Assembly (NCBI GenBank): GCA_964655795.1
Contig: CAZZNX010000001.1
Span: 2,400 to 66,399, forward strand
Reading direction: 5' to 3'
DNA: 64,000 bases
DNA from: an uncultured Leifsonia sp.
GTDB taxonomy: Bacteria; Actinomycetota; Actinomycetes; Actinomycetales; Microbacteriaceae
Part shown: positions 48,915 through 58,368 of the stretch, piece after piece
How the letters are laid out: each line of letters opens with the position of its first letter
Position numbering within the stretch: the stretch's first letter is position 1
Position numbers and translations under genes: made by a program
Notes under the pieces: generated by a model
What the model saw: the letters and a program-made list of their open reading frames with translations, nothing else
Databases searched by the model: none
Told to the model about the DNA's origin: nothing

Positions 48915-49814
48915 ATGCGTCGCCTCACCCTGCCCGTCGTGGGCATTCTCGCCGTCTCCGCCCTCGCGCTCACCGGCTGCCAGGCAGCCGAAACCGTCGG
49001 CGCCTCTGCGCCGGATGCCCGCATCACCATCGCCACGATTCCCGTCTCCGACGACCCAACGGTGGAGAACCCGGTCGAGGCGCTGGCGCGCCTGCTTGAG
49101 GAGGAGACCGGTCGCACGGTCGAGATCACCGACGTCCCGGACTACCTCAGCGTCGTCGAGGCGATCCGCTCCGACCACGTCGACATCGGCATCATGAGCG
49201 GTTTCCCCTCCGCGCTCGCCGTCAACACCGGCGAGGTCGACGCCCTCCTCGCGTGGAAGGGCAATGACGAGCCCGTCTCCACCTGCGTCGTGCTGGAGGA
49301 CTCGCCGATCAAGACCGTCGAGGACCTTGCAGGCAAGACGGTCGCCTTCGCCGATCAGGCATCGAGCTCGGGCTACTTCATGCCGGTGTACATGATGCAC
49401 GAGGCCGGCCTGGAGCAGGGAACCGACTACGAGGCGATCTTCGCCGGTGGCCACGAGGGCAGCTTCGCGGCCCTGCAGCAGGGCCAGGTGGATGCCGCGT
49501 GCACTGCGTTCATGCTCACCGAGCTGGGCGCGCCCATGTTCCCCTTCGCCGATGGCGAGTGGCGGGCTGTCGGCGAGAGCCCGGCCATGGACGTCATGGG
49601 CACCGTTCTCGCGCGCCAGTCGCTCGATGACGAGACCCGCGCACTGCTCGAAGAGGCACTGCCGAAGGTGTTCTCCGAGGCGAACGCCGAGGCCCTCGCC
49701 GGCTACAGCTCCTTCATCGGCCTTGACGTCGAGATCGCGCCGGAGCCGAGCATCTTCGCGTCCTTCGCCGAGATCGCCGCCGTCGCCGGAGTGAAGCTCG
49801 AGGACCTCGGTTGA
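48915..49814 (+). CDS. phnD: Phosphonate/phosphite ABC transporter substrate-binding lipoprotein
   Basis: Lipobox LALTGC and PhnD-like core (ASSSGYFMPVYMM). ATG 48915. Confidence 0.82.
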   Translation: MRRLTLPVVGILAVSALALTGCQAAETVGASAPDARITIATIPVSDDPTVENPVEALARLLEEETGRTVEITDVPDYLSVVEAIRSDHVDIGIMSGFPSALAVNTGEVDALLAWKGNDEPVSTCVVLEDSPIKTVEDLAGKTVAFADQASSSGYFMPVYMMHEAGLEQGTDYEAIFAGGHEGSFAALQQGQVDAACTAFMLTELGAPMFPFADGEWRAVGESPAMDVMGTVLARQSLDDETRALLEEALPKVFSEANAEALAGYSSFIGLDVEIAPEPSIFASFAEIAAVAGVKLEDLG

Positions 49815-50659
49815 GCACGCCCGTCAGCACCGCCGCACGGGCTGTCGCCACGGCATCCACCGCCGGCCCGAGCACCGCCGAGCTCCGTCAGGTGCTCCCC
49901 CTCGTCACCGTGCGCGACCTCCGCGTCGCCTACGACGATCAGCTCGTGCTGAACGGGGTCGACCTCGACCTCTTCCCCGGCGAGATGGTCGCCCTGCTCG
50001 GCGCGTCCGGCTCCGGCAAGTCCACGCTCATGAAGAGCCTCACCGGATTCGCACCGGTGTCCGGTGGCAGTGTGCGCGTCGCCGGGCACGACGTGACGAA
50101 CCTCGCTCGCGGCGAACTGCGCACCCTCCGCTCCCACGTCGGGCAGGTGTTCCAACAGTTCAATCTCATCCCCCGTATGAGCGTGCTCACGAACGTGCTC
50201 ACCGGTGCGCTGCACGGCGCAGGCGCCATCAACCTCGTCGGCGGTTTCGGGAGCGCGGATCGGGCTCGGGCCATGCACCTGCTCGACCGAGTCGGCATCG
50301 CCCACAAGGCGAAGGACGCGGCGCGCTCACTCAGCGGCGGTCAGCAGCAGCGGGTCGCCATCGCGCGGGCGCTCATGCAGCAGCCACGGGTGATCCTCGC
50401 GGATGAGCCGGTCGCCTCGCTCGACCCGAAGCTCGCCCATTCCGTGCTCGAGCTGTTGCGCGAGATCGCGACGGATGACGGCATCCCGGTGCTCGTGAGC
50501 CTGCACGTGCTCCCGCTGGCCCTCGCGCACAGCGACCGCATCGTCGGCCTGCGCCACGGCGAGATGCTGCTCTCCGGCCGCACCGCCGAACTCGACGCCT
50601 CGCGACTCGCGGCCCTCTACGACGACGAGGACGAGGCGGGCGATGAGCACGACCGCTGA
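49811..50659 (+). CDS. phnC: Phosphonate ABC transporter ATP-binding protein
   Basis: Walker A GASGSGKST, signature LSGGQQQRVAIARAL, Walker B ILADEP. The TTG start overlaps the phnD stop. Confidence 0.88.
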   Translation: MSTPVSTAARAVATASTAGPSTAELRQVLPLVTVRDLRVAYDDQLVLNGVDLDLFPGEMVALLGASGSGKSTLMKSLTGFAPVSGGSVRVAGHDVTNLARGELRTLRSHVGQVFQQFNLIPRMSVLTNVLTGALHGAGAINLVGGFGSADRARAMHLLDRVGIAHKAKDAARSLSGGQQQRVAIARALMQQPRVILADEPVASLDPKLAHSVLELLREIATDDGIPVLVSLHVLPLALAHSDRIVGLRHGEMLLSGRTAELDASRLAALYDDEDEAGDEHDR

Positions 50660-51509
50660 GCGCTCCCCCGCGAGCCGCGCCACGTCCGCCCGCCAGAGCA
50701 CGGCCCCGGCCGAACTCCCTGCGGCTGAGCGCGCACGCCTCGAACGGGCCTTCTCCGTGCCCCGCACCCGCTTCCTCGTCGCCATCCCGCTCGCGATCCT
50801 GTTGCTGCTCTGGTCGTTCAACGGTGCGGAGTTCAACTTCGCGAAGCTGGGCGAGGGCACCGTGAACATGGGCGAGTTCCTCTCCCGGCTGTTCCCGCCC
50901 GATTTCAGCAAGTTCGGCACCATCGCGGCGCTGCTCGTCGAGACGTTCCAGATGGCGATCGTCGGCACCGTGCTCGGTGCGGTGCTCTCGCTGTTCGTCG
51001 CCTTCACCGCGGCATCCAACGTCGCCCCGAAGTGGCTGTACTACCCGGCCAGATGGGTGATGAACGTCATCCGCTCCGTGCCGGACCTGGTCTTCGCGCT
51101 CATGTTCGTCTCCGCCGTCGGACTCGGCCCCTTCGCCGGCATCCTGGCCATGACGCTCGGCTCCCTCGGGTCGATCGGCAAGATCTTCGCCGAGGCGATG
51201 GAGTCCGTCGATCACGGGCCGATGAACGCGATGCAGGCCGTCGGCGCCTCCAAGCGCCAGGTCATCCAGTACGGGGTGCTCCCGCAGGCGGCACCGCTGC
51301 TCGTCTCGTACACACTGCTGCTCTTCGAGGGCAATGTGCGCGGGGCGACGATCCTCGGCCTCGTCGGCGCCGGTGGCATCGGGCTCGAACTCACAACGGC
51401 CATGCGCATGTACGACTACGGCCACCTCAGCGCGATCATCATCTGCATCATCGTGCTCGTCACGGTGATCGACCAGGGCAGCGCCCTCATCAGAAAGAGA
51501 ATCACATGA
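50643..51509 (+). CDS. phnE: Phosphonate ABC transporter permease
   Basis: 288 aa with PhnE-type EAMESVDHGPMNAMQAVGASKRQVIQYGVLPQ. It overlaps phnC by 17 nt. Confidence 0.88.
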   Translation: MSTTAERSPASRATSARQSTAPAELPAAERARLERAFSVPRTRFLVAIPLAILLLLWSFNGAEFNFAKLGEGTVNMGEFLSRLFPPDFSKFGTIAALLVETFQMAIVGTVLGAVLSLFVAFTAASNVAPKWLYYPARWVMNVIRSVPDLVFALMFVSAVGLGPFAGILAMTLGSLGSIGKIFAEAMESVDHGPMNAMQAVGASKRQVIQYGVLPQAAPLLVSYTLLLFEGNVRGATILGLVGAGGIGLELTTAMRMYDYGHLSAIIICIIVLVTVIDQGSALIRKRIT

Positions 51510-52294
51510 CCAACTCCACCCTGGCCGCCGACGTCTCGGCGCCCATCGACATCGTGCTCAGCGCCCCAGTGAACCTGCGCGATCTCGGCGGCATCCCGAT
51601 CGCGGGCGGAGTGCTGCGGTCCGGCTTAGCCATCCGCACGGACGACCTCTCGACGGCGTCGACCGAGGCCGTCACCGCCCTGGTCGAGCGCGGCCTCGCC
51701 GCCGTGATCGACCTGCGCACCCCGCTCGAGGTGGCTCTGACCGGCCGCGGGCCGCTCGCTGGGCATGCCGTCGCGTACCACCACCTGCCGCTGATGGCGA
51801 GCATCGGCGAGGCCATGCCGAAGGAGAAGCCGAGCCTCGATCCGGCTGCCATGGGCGCGATGTACGTCAGCATGGCCGAGAATGCGGCGCCGCAACTGGT
51901 GACCGCCCTCAACGTGATCGCCTACGCCCCGGGCGCGACCGCATTCCACTGTGCGGCCGGGCGCGACCGCACCGGTGTGCTTGCGGCGTTCCTGCTGCTG
52001 ATCCTCGGCGCCAGCGATGACGACATCGTCACCGACTACGCGCGCACCGGCCCGAACATGGTGGCGATCATGGAACGCACCCGGCCCGTGATCGGCACCA
52101 TGATGGCGCGCCTCGGCATCGAGTTCGACGGCGCCAGCGCGGCCGCACTCACCGATGAACCGATGGATGCGTCGATGCGCATCCTGCTCGCCCGCCTGCG
52201 CGAGCGCGACGGCGATGCGCTCGCACCGCTCCGCGCGGCCGGGCTCAGCGACGACACCATCATTCGCCTGAAGGCGCGGGCCCTCGGCGCATGA
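51506..52294 (+). CDS. Tyrosine-phosphatase-like protein (Y_phosphatase3-type, CX5R active site)
   Basis: NLRDLGG near the N-terminus and the active-site loop HCAAGRDRTG. ATGA overlap with phnE. Confidence 0.8.
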   Translation: MTNSTLAADVSAPIDIVLSAPVNLRDLGGIPIAGGVLRSGLAIRTDDLSTASTEAVTALVERGLAAVIDLRTPLEVALTGRGPLAGHAVAYHHLPLMASIGEAMPKEKPSLDPAAMGAMYVSMAENAAPQLVTALNVIAYAPGATAFHCAAGRDRTGVLAAFLLLILGASDDDIVTDYARTGPNMVAIMERTRPVIGTMMARLGIEFDGASAAALTDEPMDASMRILLARLRERDGDALAPLRAAGLSDDTIIRLKARALGA

Positions 52295-52914
52295 CGCCGT
52301 CCACTCTCCCGGATGCCGGGGCCACGGTTCGCCGCGGCCCCGGCCGTCCGCGTGACGATGAGCTCGACGCCCAGATCATCGAGGCAGCGCTCGCGCTGAT
52401 CGACGCCGAGGAGGAGGTCACGGTCGCCCGGATCGTCGCGCGCGGCAGCGTGAGCCGGGCGGCGCTCTACCGCCGCTGGCCGTCACTCACCGCACTCATC
52501 GCCGCGGCGCTGGACGTCGGGCGCACGATGCCGGCCGACATCCCGATCGAGGGCGATCTGCGCGAGGCGGTGTTCGCCGCACTGATCGGAGACCCGGCCC
52601 TGGCGGGCACCGGCGGCTTCATCGAGGCGCGTTTCCGACAGCGTATCCGGCTCGTGATGGCGGATCGCCAGCTGCAGAAGGCGTACTGGAGCTCGCACGT
52701 CGCGCGGCGGCGCAAGCCGGTGGAGCGGGCGTTCCAGTCCGGGGTCAACCGCGGCATCCTGCGCGCCGATCTCGACGTCGAGGCCTGCTTCGACGCCATC
52801 GCCGGCGCCTGCTACTACCAGATCGTCGTGCGTGGCGACAGCTTCAGCGAGCCCGCGACCCGCGCGCGAGTGCACGCGGCCCTCGAGGTCGTGTGGCGGG
52901 GAATGCTCGCCTGA
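52291..52914 (+). CDS. TetR-family transcriptional regulator
   Basis: GRPRDDELDAQIIEAALALIDAEEEVTVARIVARGSVSRAALYRRWPS. ATGA overlap with the phosphatase gene. Confidence 0.85.
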   Translation: MTPSTLPDAGATVRRGPGRPRDDELDAQIIEAALALIDAEEEVTVARIVARGSVSRAALYRRWPSLTALIAAALDVGRTMPADIPIEGDLREAVFAALIGDPALAGTGGFIEARFRQRIRLVMADRQLQKAYWSSHVARRRKPVERAFQSGVNRGILRADLDVEACFDAIAGACYYQIVVRGDSFSEPATRARVHAALEVVWRGMLA

Positions 52915-52956
52915 GACAGACCGTGGTGGCGCTGACATACTGAGCGCCAGCGTCGA

Positions 52957-53709
52957 CTACCCCACCGATTCACGAGCGCCCCGGGGCCGCTCGTCGGCGA
53001 GCGCTTCAATGATCGCTCTGAGCGCGACGATCTCTGCAGTGAGCCCGTCGATTTCGCTCTGCGTCGCCGATTGCACCAGCGTGTCCTTCTTCTCAGCATT
53101 CTGTTCAACCTTCTCGACGATCCAGGAGGCGAGGGTGGCGGTAACCACGCCGATGAGGGTGATGCCGCCGATCATGACGCCAACGGCAACCAGCTGTCCA
53201 GTGCCGGTGACTGGGGAGTAGTCGCCGTACCCGACCGTGGTGATGGTGACAAATGCCCACCACAACCCCTCATGGAATGACTGGATGGAACCGTCGCCGC
53301 CGCGCTCAGCATCGACGACCGCGAGCGCGGCGACGTACACCAAGAGCGCGGCTGCCCCCGCGGCATAAATAATGACGCGCCCTCTGAACGCCGCACCGGC
53401 GGTCTTGTTCAAGATTGCCAAGAGGGTCACGAGGCGGAGGAGCCGCAACGGGCGCAGGATGGGCAGCACCACGATCAGCAGATCGAATAGGTGCGTGTAA
53501 AACCACCGCCACCGCTGGGGAGCGAGAACCAGGTTGACGAAGTAATCGGCAAGGAACACCACCCACGTGATTCCGATCATCAGCTCAAGCCACGCGGTCA
53601 CATCCGCCGGCGGTTGGACGATCACCTCGATTGAGTACGCGATCAGGAATACGACGGCGGCCGCCGCCAATGGCCACTCAGTCGCCGTCTGCCAACGCTC
53701 CTGTGTCAC
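52957..53709 (-). CDS. Voltage-gated (6-TM) potassium channel
   Basis: S4-like LRPLRLLRLVTLLAILNK, selectivity filter TTVGYGD and a C-terminal coiled coil. I chose GTG 53709; the start is uncertain and the track extension overlaps the opposite-strand GNAT gene. Confidence 0.78.
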   Translation of the reverse strand: MTQERWQTATEWPLAAAAVVFLIAYSIEVIVQPPADVTAWLELMIGITWVVFLADYFVNLVLAPQRWRWFYTHLFDLLIVVLPILRPLRLLRLVTLLAILNKTAGAAFRGRVIIYAAGAAALLVYVAALAVVDAERGGDGSIQSFHEGLWWAFVTITTVGYGDYSPVTGTGQLVAVGVMIGGITLIGVVTATLASWIVEKVEQNAEKKDTLVQSATQSEIDGLTAEIVALRAIIEALADERPRGARESVG

Positions 53710-53907
53710 TCTGCTGCCCTCACTATGCGCGGGGTAGTCCGTGTTTCGCTGGCTGCGAGACCCCCCAGATCGAGGCAAGCCTACCGAGGGTCCGCCCAGC
53801 TGACGGCACGCCTCCTCCGCGGCAAGTACTTGGCCGGTAGACCGCCTGGCAATTGCGAGCCGGCCGAACCGCGCCATAGAAGAATTCGGCCGAAATAGGA
53901 TGGCCAG

Positions 53908-54435
53908 ATGGATTCTGCCGCCACTCTGCGCCGAGCCGTTCCGGACGATGCCCCCGCTGTGCTTCGGCTGTTCGACGAAGCGATCGCGTGGTTCGTGGCG
54001 ATCGGGAACACCGGCCAGTGGGGCACCGAACCGTTTTCGGGCCAGACGCTGTGGCAGGAGAGAATCTCGGAGTGGTGCGCCTGGCCGGAGAGCTGGGTGG
54101 CGACGCACCCCGAGCTCGGAGTCTGCGGCGCGCTCGTGCTCGGCGACGCCGGCAGCAACGTGCCAGCCGCCACCGAGCCAGAGCTCTACGTGCGCTCTCT
54201 CATCGGCTCGCGTGACCCACGCGCGAAAGGCACCGGTCGCCGCTTGCTCGCCCTTGCGGACGAACGAGCCGCGGCTGCCGGCGTGAGCCTGCTGCGCGTG
54301 GATTGCTACGCGGGCGGCACTGGCGATCTCATCGCTTTCTATGAGTCGTGTGGGTACACCCGCACCGAGACATTCACGGTCGAAAGGCAGCCTCAGGACT
54401 GGCCGGGGCAGGTGCTCGCTCGCCGGCTCGGCTGA
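53908..54435 (+). CDS. GNAT-family N-acetyltransferase
   Basis: 175 aa with LRRAVPDDAPAVLRLFDEAI and RDPRAKGTGRRLLALADERA. Confidence 0.78.
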   Translation: MDSAATLRRAVPDDAPAVLRLFDEAIAWFVAIGNTGQWGTEPFSGQTLWQERISEWCAWPESWVATHPELGVCGALVLGDAGSNVPAATEPELYVRSLIGSRDPRAKGTGRRLLALADERAAAAGVSLLRVDCYAGGTGDLIAFYESCGYTRTETFTVERQPQDWPGQVLARRLG

Positions 54436-54459
54436 GCATCGGGATCAGCTCAGCTCAGC

Positions 54460-54795
54460 TCACGCAACGTCGACGAATGCCGAGTCCGGCGCCGCGACAC
54501 CCCAGGCGTTCATCGCGTCCAGCACCGCGCGCAGCTCATGGCCGAGCGGCGTCAGCTCGTAGACAACCCTGGGCGGGATCTCCGCGAAGACCGTGCGCGT
54601 GACGATGCCGTGCTCCTCGAAGCGCCGCAGCCGACTGGTCAGCGTGTGCGCGCTGATGCCGGGGAGCGCGCTGCGGAGCTCGGTGAAGCGATGCGGGCCA
54701 TGCAGGAGCTCACGAACGATGAGCGTTGCCCAGGCTCCGTCGAAGAGCGTCAGGAAGCGGGCGACACCGCATTCCGGCACGAGATCGTTCTCCAC
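54460..54795 (-). CDS. HxlR-family transcriptional regulator
   Basis: CGVARFLTLFDGAWATLIVRELLHGPHRFTELRSALPGISAHTLTSRLRRFEEHGIVTR. GTG 54795 is preceded by GGAGGAAA. Confidence 0.85.
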   Translation of the reverse strand: MENDLVPECGVARFLTLFDGAWATLIVRELLHGPHRFTELRSALPGISAHTLTSRLRRFEEHGIVTRTVFAEIPPRVVYELTPLGHELRAVLDAMNAWGVAAPDSAFVDVA

Positions 54796-54815
54796 GACTT
54801 TCCTCCGAGTTCCCG

Positions 54816-54854
54816 TTAGTGCATTTGACGTAACCAGTGCATCATATGCACTAA
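54816..54854. promoter_or_regulatory. Nested inverted repeats, candidate HxlR operator
   Basis: TTAGTGCAT (54816-54824), then AGTGCAT-cat-ATGCACTAA (54836-54854). The outer and inner arms share the AGTGCAT half-site. Confidence 0.5.
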
Positions 54855-54861
54855 TGGACGA

Positions 54862-55728
54862 ATGGTTTACATCGTTCATGGCGCCACAGGCGCTCAAGGT
54901 TCCCCCGTTCTCGCTCAACTGCTTGCCGCTGGCAAGGACGCGACCGCCGCGGTCCGCACCCCCGCTGGCCTGCCGGCCGGCGCCGGAGCGGTGACGGTCG
55001 ACTTCGCCGACGCCGCGTCGCTCGCGGACGCGTACCGCGGCGCGGAGGGCGTGTTCATCCACCTCCCACTCGGTGCCCCCGATCAGCTGGCCCGCTTCGC
55101 CGCGTCCGTCGTCGAGGCCGTCGGTCAGGCGCGCCCCGCCCGCGTCGTCATCTCCACCAGCGGTCAGATCGTCGATGACCCGGAGTCGCCCCTGCAGGCC
55201 GCCGACGACAGCGCCATCATGACGCTCATTCGCGGCGTCGAAGCCACCGGCGTCCCCTTCGCGGTCGTGGCCCCGCGCCTGTACCTCGAGAACCTGCTGC
55301 TGCCGATGGTCGCCGGTCCGGCTGCCGAGGAGGGCGTGCTGCGCTACCCGCTGCGCGCCGACTACCCCGTGTCGTGGAGCTCCCACCTGGATGTCGCGGC
55401 CACGGTCGTGCGCCTCCTCACCGACCCCTCCCTCGAGGGCACCATCGCCGTCGGCCACCGCCCGGCGCTGACCGGCCCCGACCTCGCCGCCGGTTTCGCC
55501 GCCCACATGGGCCGCGACGTCCGCTTCGAGTCGGTCACCCCGGCCGAGTTCGGTGTGCTCATCACGCCGCTGTTCGGTGCGGATGCCTCGGCGCCGGTCG
55601 TCGGCCTCTACGAGGCGCTCGGCACCCAGGACGGCAACACGATCGCCGCAGCCAACAGCGCCCAGAAGCTCCTCGAGCTGCACCCGCGCTCGGTCTCGGT
55701 GTGGCTGGCCGAGGTCAGCGCCGCGTAG
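54862..55728 (+). CDS. NmrA-family NAD(P)-binding protein
   Basis: MVYIVHGATGAQGSPVLAQLLAAG Rossmann start, 288 aa, divergent from hxlR. Confidence 0.82.
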   Translation: MVYIVHGATGAQGSPVLAQLLAAGKDATAAVRTPAGLPAGAGAVTVDFADAASLADAYRGAEGVFIHLPLGAPDQLARFAASVVEAVGQARPARVVISTSGQIVDDPESPLQAADDSAIMTLIRGVEATGVPFAVVAPRLYLENLLLPMVAGPAAEEGVLRYPLRADYPVSWSSHLDVAATVVRLLTDPSLEGTIAVGHRPALTGPDLAAGFAAHMGRDVRFESVTPAEFGVLITPLFGADASAPVVGLYEALGTQDGNTIAAANSAQKLLELHPRSVSVWLAEVSAA

Positions 55729-55775
55729 AGCGCAACACAGTGCGAGTGCCCCGGGTCATACCCCGGGGCACTCGG

Positions 55776-57362
55776 CTACGTCACCCCCACCTGCACCGTG
55801 TGCCAGCCCTCCGCCCCGTCGGGTATCGGAGGAACGTTGGTGCCGCTCTGCGTCGCACCGGTGGCATCCGTCGCCCGCACCTGGATGGTGTGGTTGCCGC
55901 GCGTCGCCTGCCACTCGTAGACCCACTGCACCCAGGTGTCGGTGGAGATCGCGGTGGCGAGCCGAGCCTCCGACCAGGCGCCGTCGTCCACACGCACCTC
56001 GACGCGGTCAATGCCGGTGTGCTGCGCCCAGGCGACCCCGGCAATGGCGACCGTGCCGGCCTTGACCTGCGAGCCACCAGTCGGCACGTCGATGCGCGAC
56101 TGGGTCTTCACTGGCCCCATCGGCGACCAGCCGCGGTTGGTCCAGTAAGCGTTGGCGTCTGCGAATCGGGTGACGTTCAACTCCACCACCCATTTGGTGG
56201 CGGAGACGTAGCCGTAGAGGCCGGGCACCACCATCCGCACCGGGAATCCGTGCTCGAGTGGAAGCGCCGTGCCGTTCATGCCGACGGCAAGCAGGCTGCT
56301 GCGGTCGGTCTCGAGCAGGACGGCAAGCGGCGTGCCGGCGGTGAACCCGTCCACGCTCCTCGACAACACCATGTCGGCACCGGCGACCGGCTTGGCCCGA
56401 GCCAACAGGTCTCGGATCGGGTAGCCGAGCCACACCGCGTTGCCGGCGAGGTTGCCGCCGACCTCGTTCGAGACGCACATCAGCGTGACCGTCTTTTCGA
56501 TCAGCGGCAGGGCGAGGAGCTCGTCGAAGCCGATCTCGATTTCGTTCTCGACCATTCCGGTGATCTTGAGCCGCCAGGTCGAGGAGTCGACGCTCGGCAC
56601 CTGCAGCGCGGTGTCGATGCGGTAGAAGTCGGAATTGGGGGTGACCAGGGGTGTGATCCCAGGGACATCGAGCTGCGCCCCGGCCGGGATCGGCGGCGCT
56701 GCGACCGCAGGCTTCGGCAGCATGACTGCGTCGCGCACGGCCTTCACCGCCACCGTTCCGGCGTTCAACACTCGCGCGCCGATTCCGATGATGAGGGCGG
56801 CGGCCCCGGTTCCCCCGACGAAAACGAGGAAACGGCGGCGCGAGACGGCGGCGCCCGGCGCGGGAACGCCCGTGTGTTGCACCGCGGTACCCGCGGCCGC
56901 AGGCGCGGTGCGCTCGGTGCCGACCCAGTCCCGCAGCCAGATGGCGCCGAAGCGCAGCACGAGCACACCGCCGATCACCCCGAGCACGGTGGGCACCGCC
57001 CAGCCGACGGTCGCCTGGGCTCTCGTCGCGACCGCGATGGTCGCGACCCCGCCGACCAGAACCAGACCGACTGTCCCCCACGGCGGTCGGCGGTACTCGA
57101 GCACGCCAAGCACGCTGGCGAGCACCGCCACCAGGATGCCGAGGCAGATGATGAGCACCAGCTTGTCGTTGGTGCCGAACAGAGAAATCACGAGGTCTTT
57201 GATCCACCCGGGAACCAGGTCGATCACGAGGGACCCGACCGCCAGCAGCGGGCTGGCCCCTGGGTCGACGAACAGGGCGACGACTTCGGCGATTGCGAGC
57301 GTGACCACGGCGCTGGCGAGGCCCACCAGGACAGCCCAGGCATTCTGCCGCGCTCTGCTCAT
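55776..57362 (-). CDS. Membrane-anchored molybdopterin-dependent oxidoreductase (sulfite-oxidase family)
   Basis: About 5 N-terminal TM segments, then a SUOX-type Moco domain (LMCVSNEVGG, GFPVRMVVPGLYGYVSATKWV) and an Ig-like C-terminal domain. Confidence 0.82.
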   Translation of the reverse strand: MSRARQNAWAVLVGLASAVVTLAIAEVVALFVDPGASPLLAVGSLVIDLVPGWIKDLVISLFGTNDKLVLIICLGILVAVLASVLGVLEYRRPPWGTVGLVLVGGVATIAVATRAQATVGWAVPTVLGVIGGVLVLRFGAIWLRDWVGTERTAPAAAGTAVQHTGVPAPGAAVSRRRFLVFVGGTGAAALIIGIGARVLNAGTVAVKAVRDAVMLPKPAVAAPPIPAGAQLDVPGITPLVTPNSDFYRIDTALQVPSVDSSTWRLKITGMVENEIEIGFDELLALPLIEKTVTLMCVSNEVGGNLAGNAVWLGYPIRDLLARAKPVAGADMVLSRSVDGFTAGTPLAVLLETDRSSLLAVGMNGTALPLEHGFPVRMVVPGLYGYVSATKWVVELNVTRFADANAYWTNRGWSPMGPVKTQSRIDVPTGGSQVKAGTVAIAGVAWAQHTGIDRVEVRVDDGAWSEARLATAISTDTWVQWVYEWQATRGNHTIQVRATDATGATQSGTNVPPIPDGAEGWHTVQVGVT

Positions 57363-57439
57363 AGCTCATGTCTACTCTCGGCCGGCAGCTCCCGCCATGG
57401 AATTTCGGTGGCGGGCCGGGGCACGTTCGTGCGCGACGG

Positions 57440-58270
57440 TCATTTCTTGGTCAGCGCAACCAGCTCTGATCGCGACGACGCCCCCACCTTGCGCAGCAGG
57501 TTGGAGACGTGAAATTTCACCGTGTTCTCGCTCACGTTCAAACGCTCGGCGATGCCGCGATTCCGGGCGCCGGATGCGACGAGCCGGAGCACCTCGCGTT
57601 CGCGAGGGCTCAGCTGCACGGTGTCCTCGACGAACTCCGACTCCATCGGGGCGTCCAGGGGGATCTTCACCGACAGCGACGAGCCCCACCCGGGCGTCGC
57701 CGAGATGCTGAACTCCCCGTTCAGCGCGGAGACCCGCTCGACGATCGGCCGCAACGAATCGTCGTGCGCTGCGGTCTCCCCCGCGCCGTTGTCGCGGATC
57801 CCGATCAGCAGGTTCAGACCGTCGCAGTCCCACTGGATCCGAACGCGCCGGGCCTCCCCCGCATCGACGATGGCCAGCACCGCGCTGCGCACGATCGCCC
57901 GTGCGGCGTAGGCCACTTCGCCGGGAAGGGCGCGGCCCGTTGCGGGCGGCTCGACGAACTGCACATCGAGGCCGCCGAACCGCACGAACGGGCGGAGGTC
58001 GCTCTGCAGCCGCGCGAACGCCCCGACCACCGGCTCAATCATGCTGCTGCGCTGCTGGTCGGTCTCCGTCCGCAACTCCACGAGCGCGGTCGTCGCCGCT
58101 TCGATCGCAATGACCCGGGCGGCACGGTCATCGACCCGGTCCGACCGCAGCACGGCCAGAATCGACTCCAGCGTGACGGCATGCCGATCCGCCAACTCGG
58201 CGACCGTTCTGGCGTGTTCAAGAACTCCTTGTCGCGAAGCCGGCGACGGGATCACAGTGGTGCTGTCCAT
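57440..58270 (-). CDS. LuxR-type HTH regulator fused to a degenerate histidine-kinase-like (HisKA_3/HATPase_c-like) module
   Basis: C-terminal LSPREREVLRLVASGARNRGIAERLNVSENTVKFHVSNLLRKV. The N-terminus keeps the G1 box IRDNGAG and GWGSSLSVKIP, but I find no H-box His or N-box Asn by eye. Confidence 0.78.
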   Translation of the reverse strand: MDSTTVIPSPASRQGVLEHARTVAELADRHAVTLESILAVLRSDRVDDRAARVIAIEAATTALVELRTETDQQRSSMIEPVVGAFARLQSDLRPFVRFGGLDVQFVEPPATGRALPGEVAYAARAIVRSAVLAIVDAGEARRVRIQWDCDGLNLLIGIRDNGAGETAAHDDSLRPIVERVSALNGEFSISATPGWGSSLSVKIPLDAPMESEFVEDTVQLSPREREVLRLVASGARNRGIAERLNVSENTVKFHVSNLLRKVGASSRSELVALTKK

Positions 58271-58368
58271 CCATGGAACCTACTCGATAATGCAGGCCCA
58301 TCCTTTCGGGTAGCCTCCCCCGCCCTCCGGTGGGTGTGCTGGAACGCGTTTTCTCCGACGATGAGAGC

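Noticed and set aside
53710-54108. N-terminal extension of the potassium-channel ORF (383-aa version).
   Set aside because: The extension is Arg/Gly/Ser-rich with no channel features, and it overlaps the opposite-strand GNAT gene. The channel core starts near GTG 53709, although the exact start remains uncertain.
55374-57512. 712-aa ORF on the plus strand, among the longest in the track. Similar long ORFs include 208-1572, 3300-4679, 14053-15090, 15101-15868, 17369-18700, 26751-28226, 26758-28299, 32071-33765 and 42623-43858.
   Set aside because: These ORFs have extreme Arg/Pro/Gly/His composition and no recognisable domains. Each lies antisense or out of frame to a gene with clear family motifs. 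They are typical high-GC shadow ORFs.
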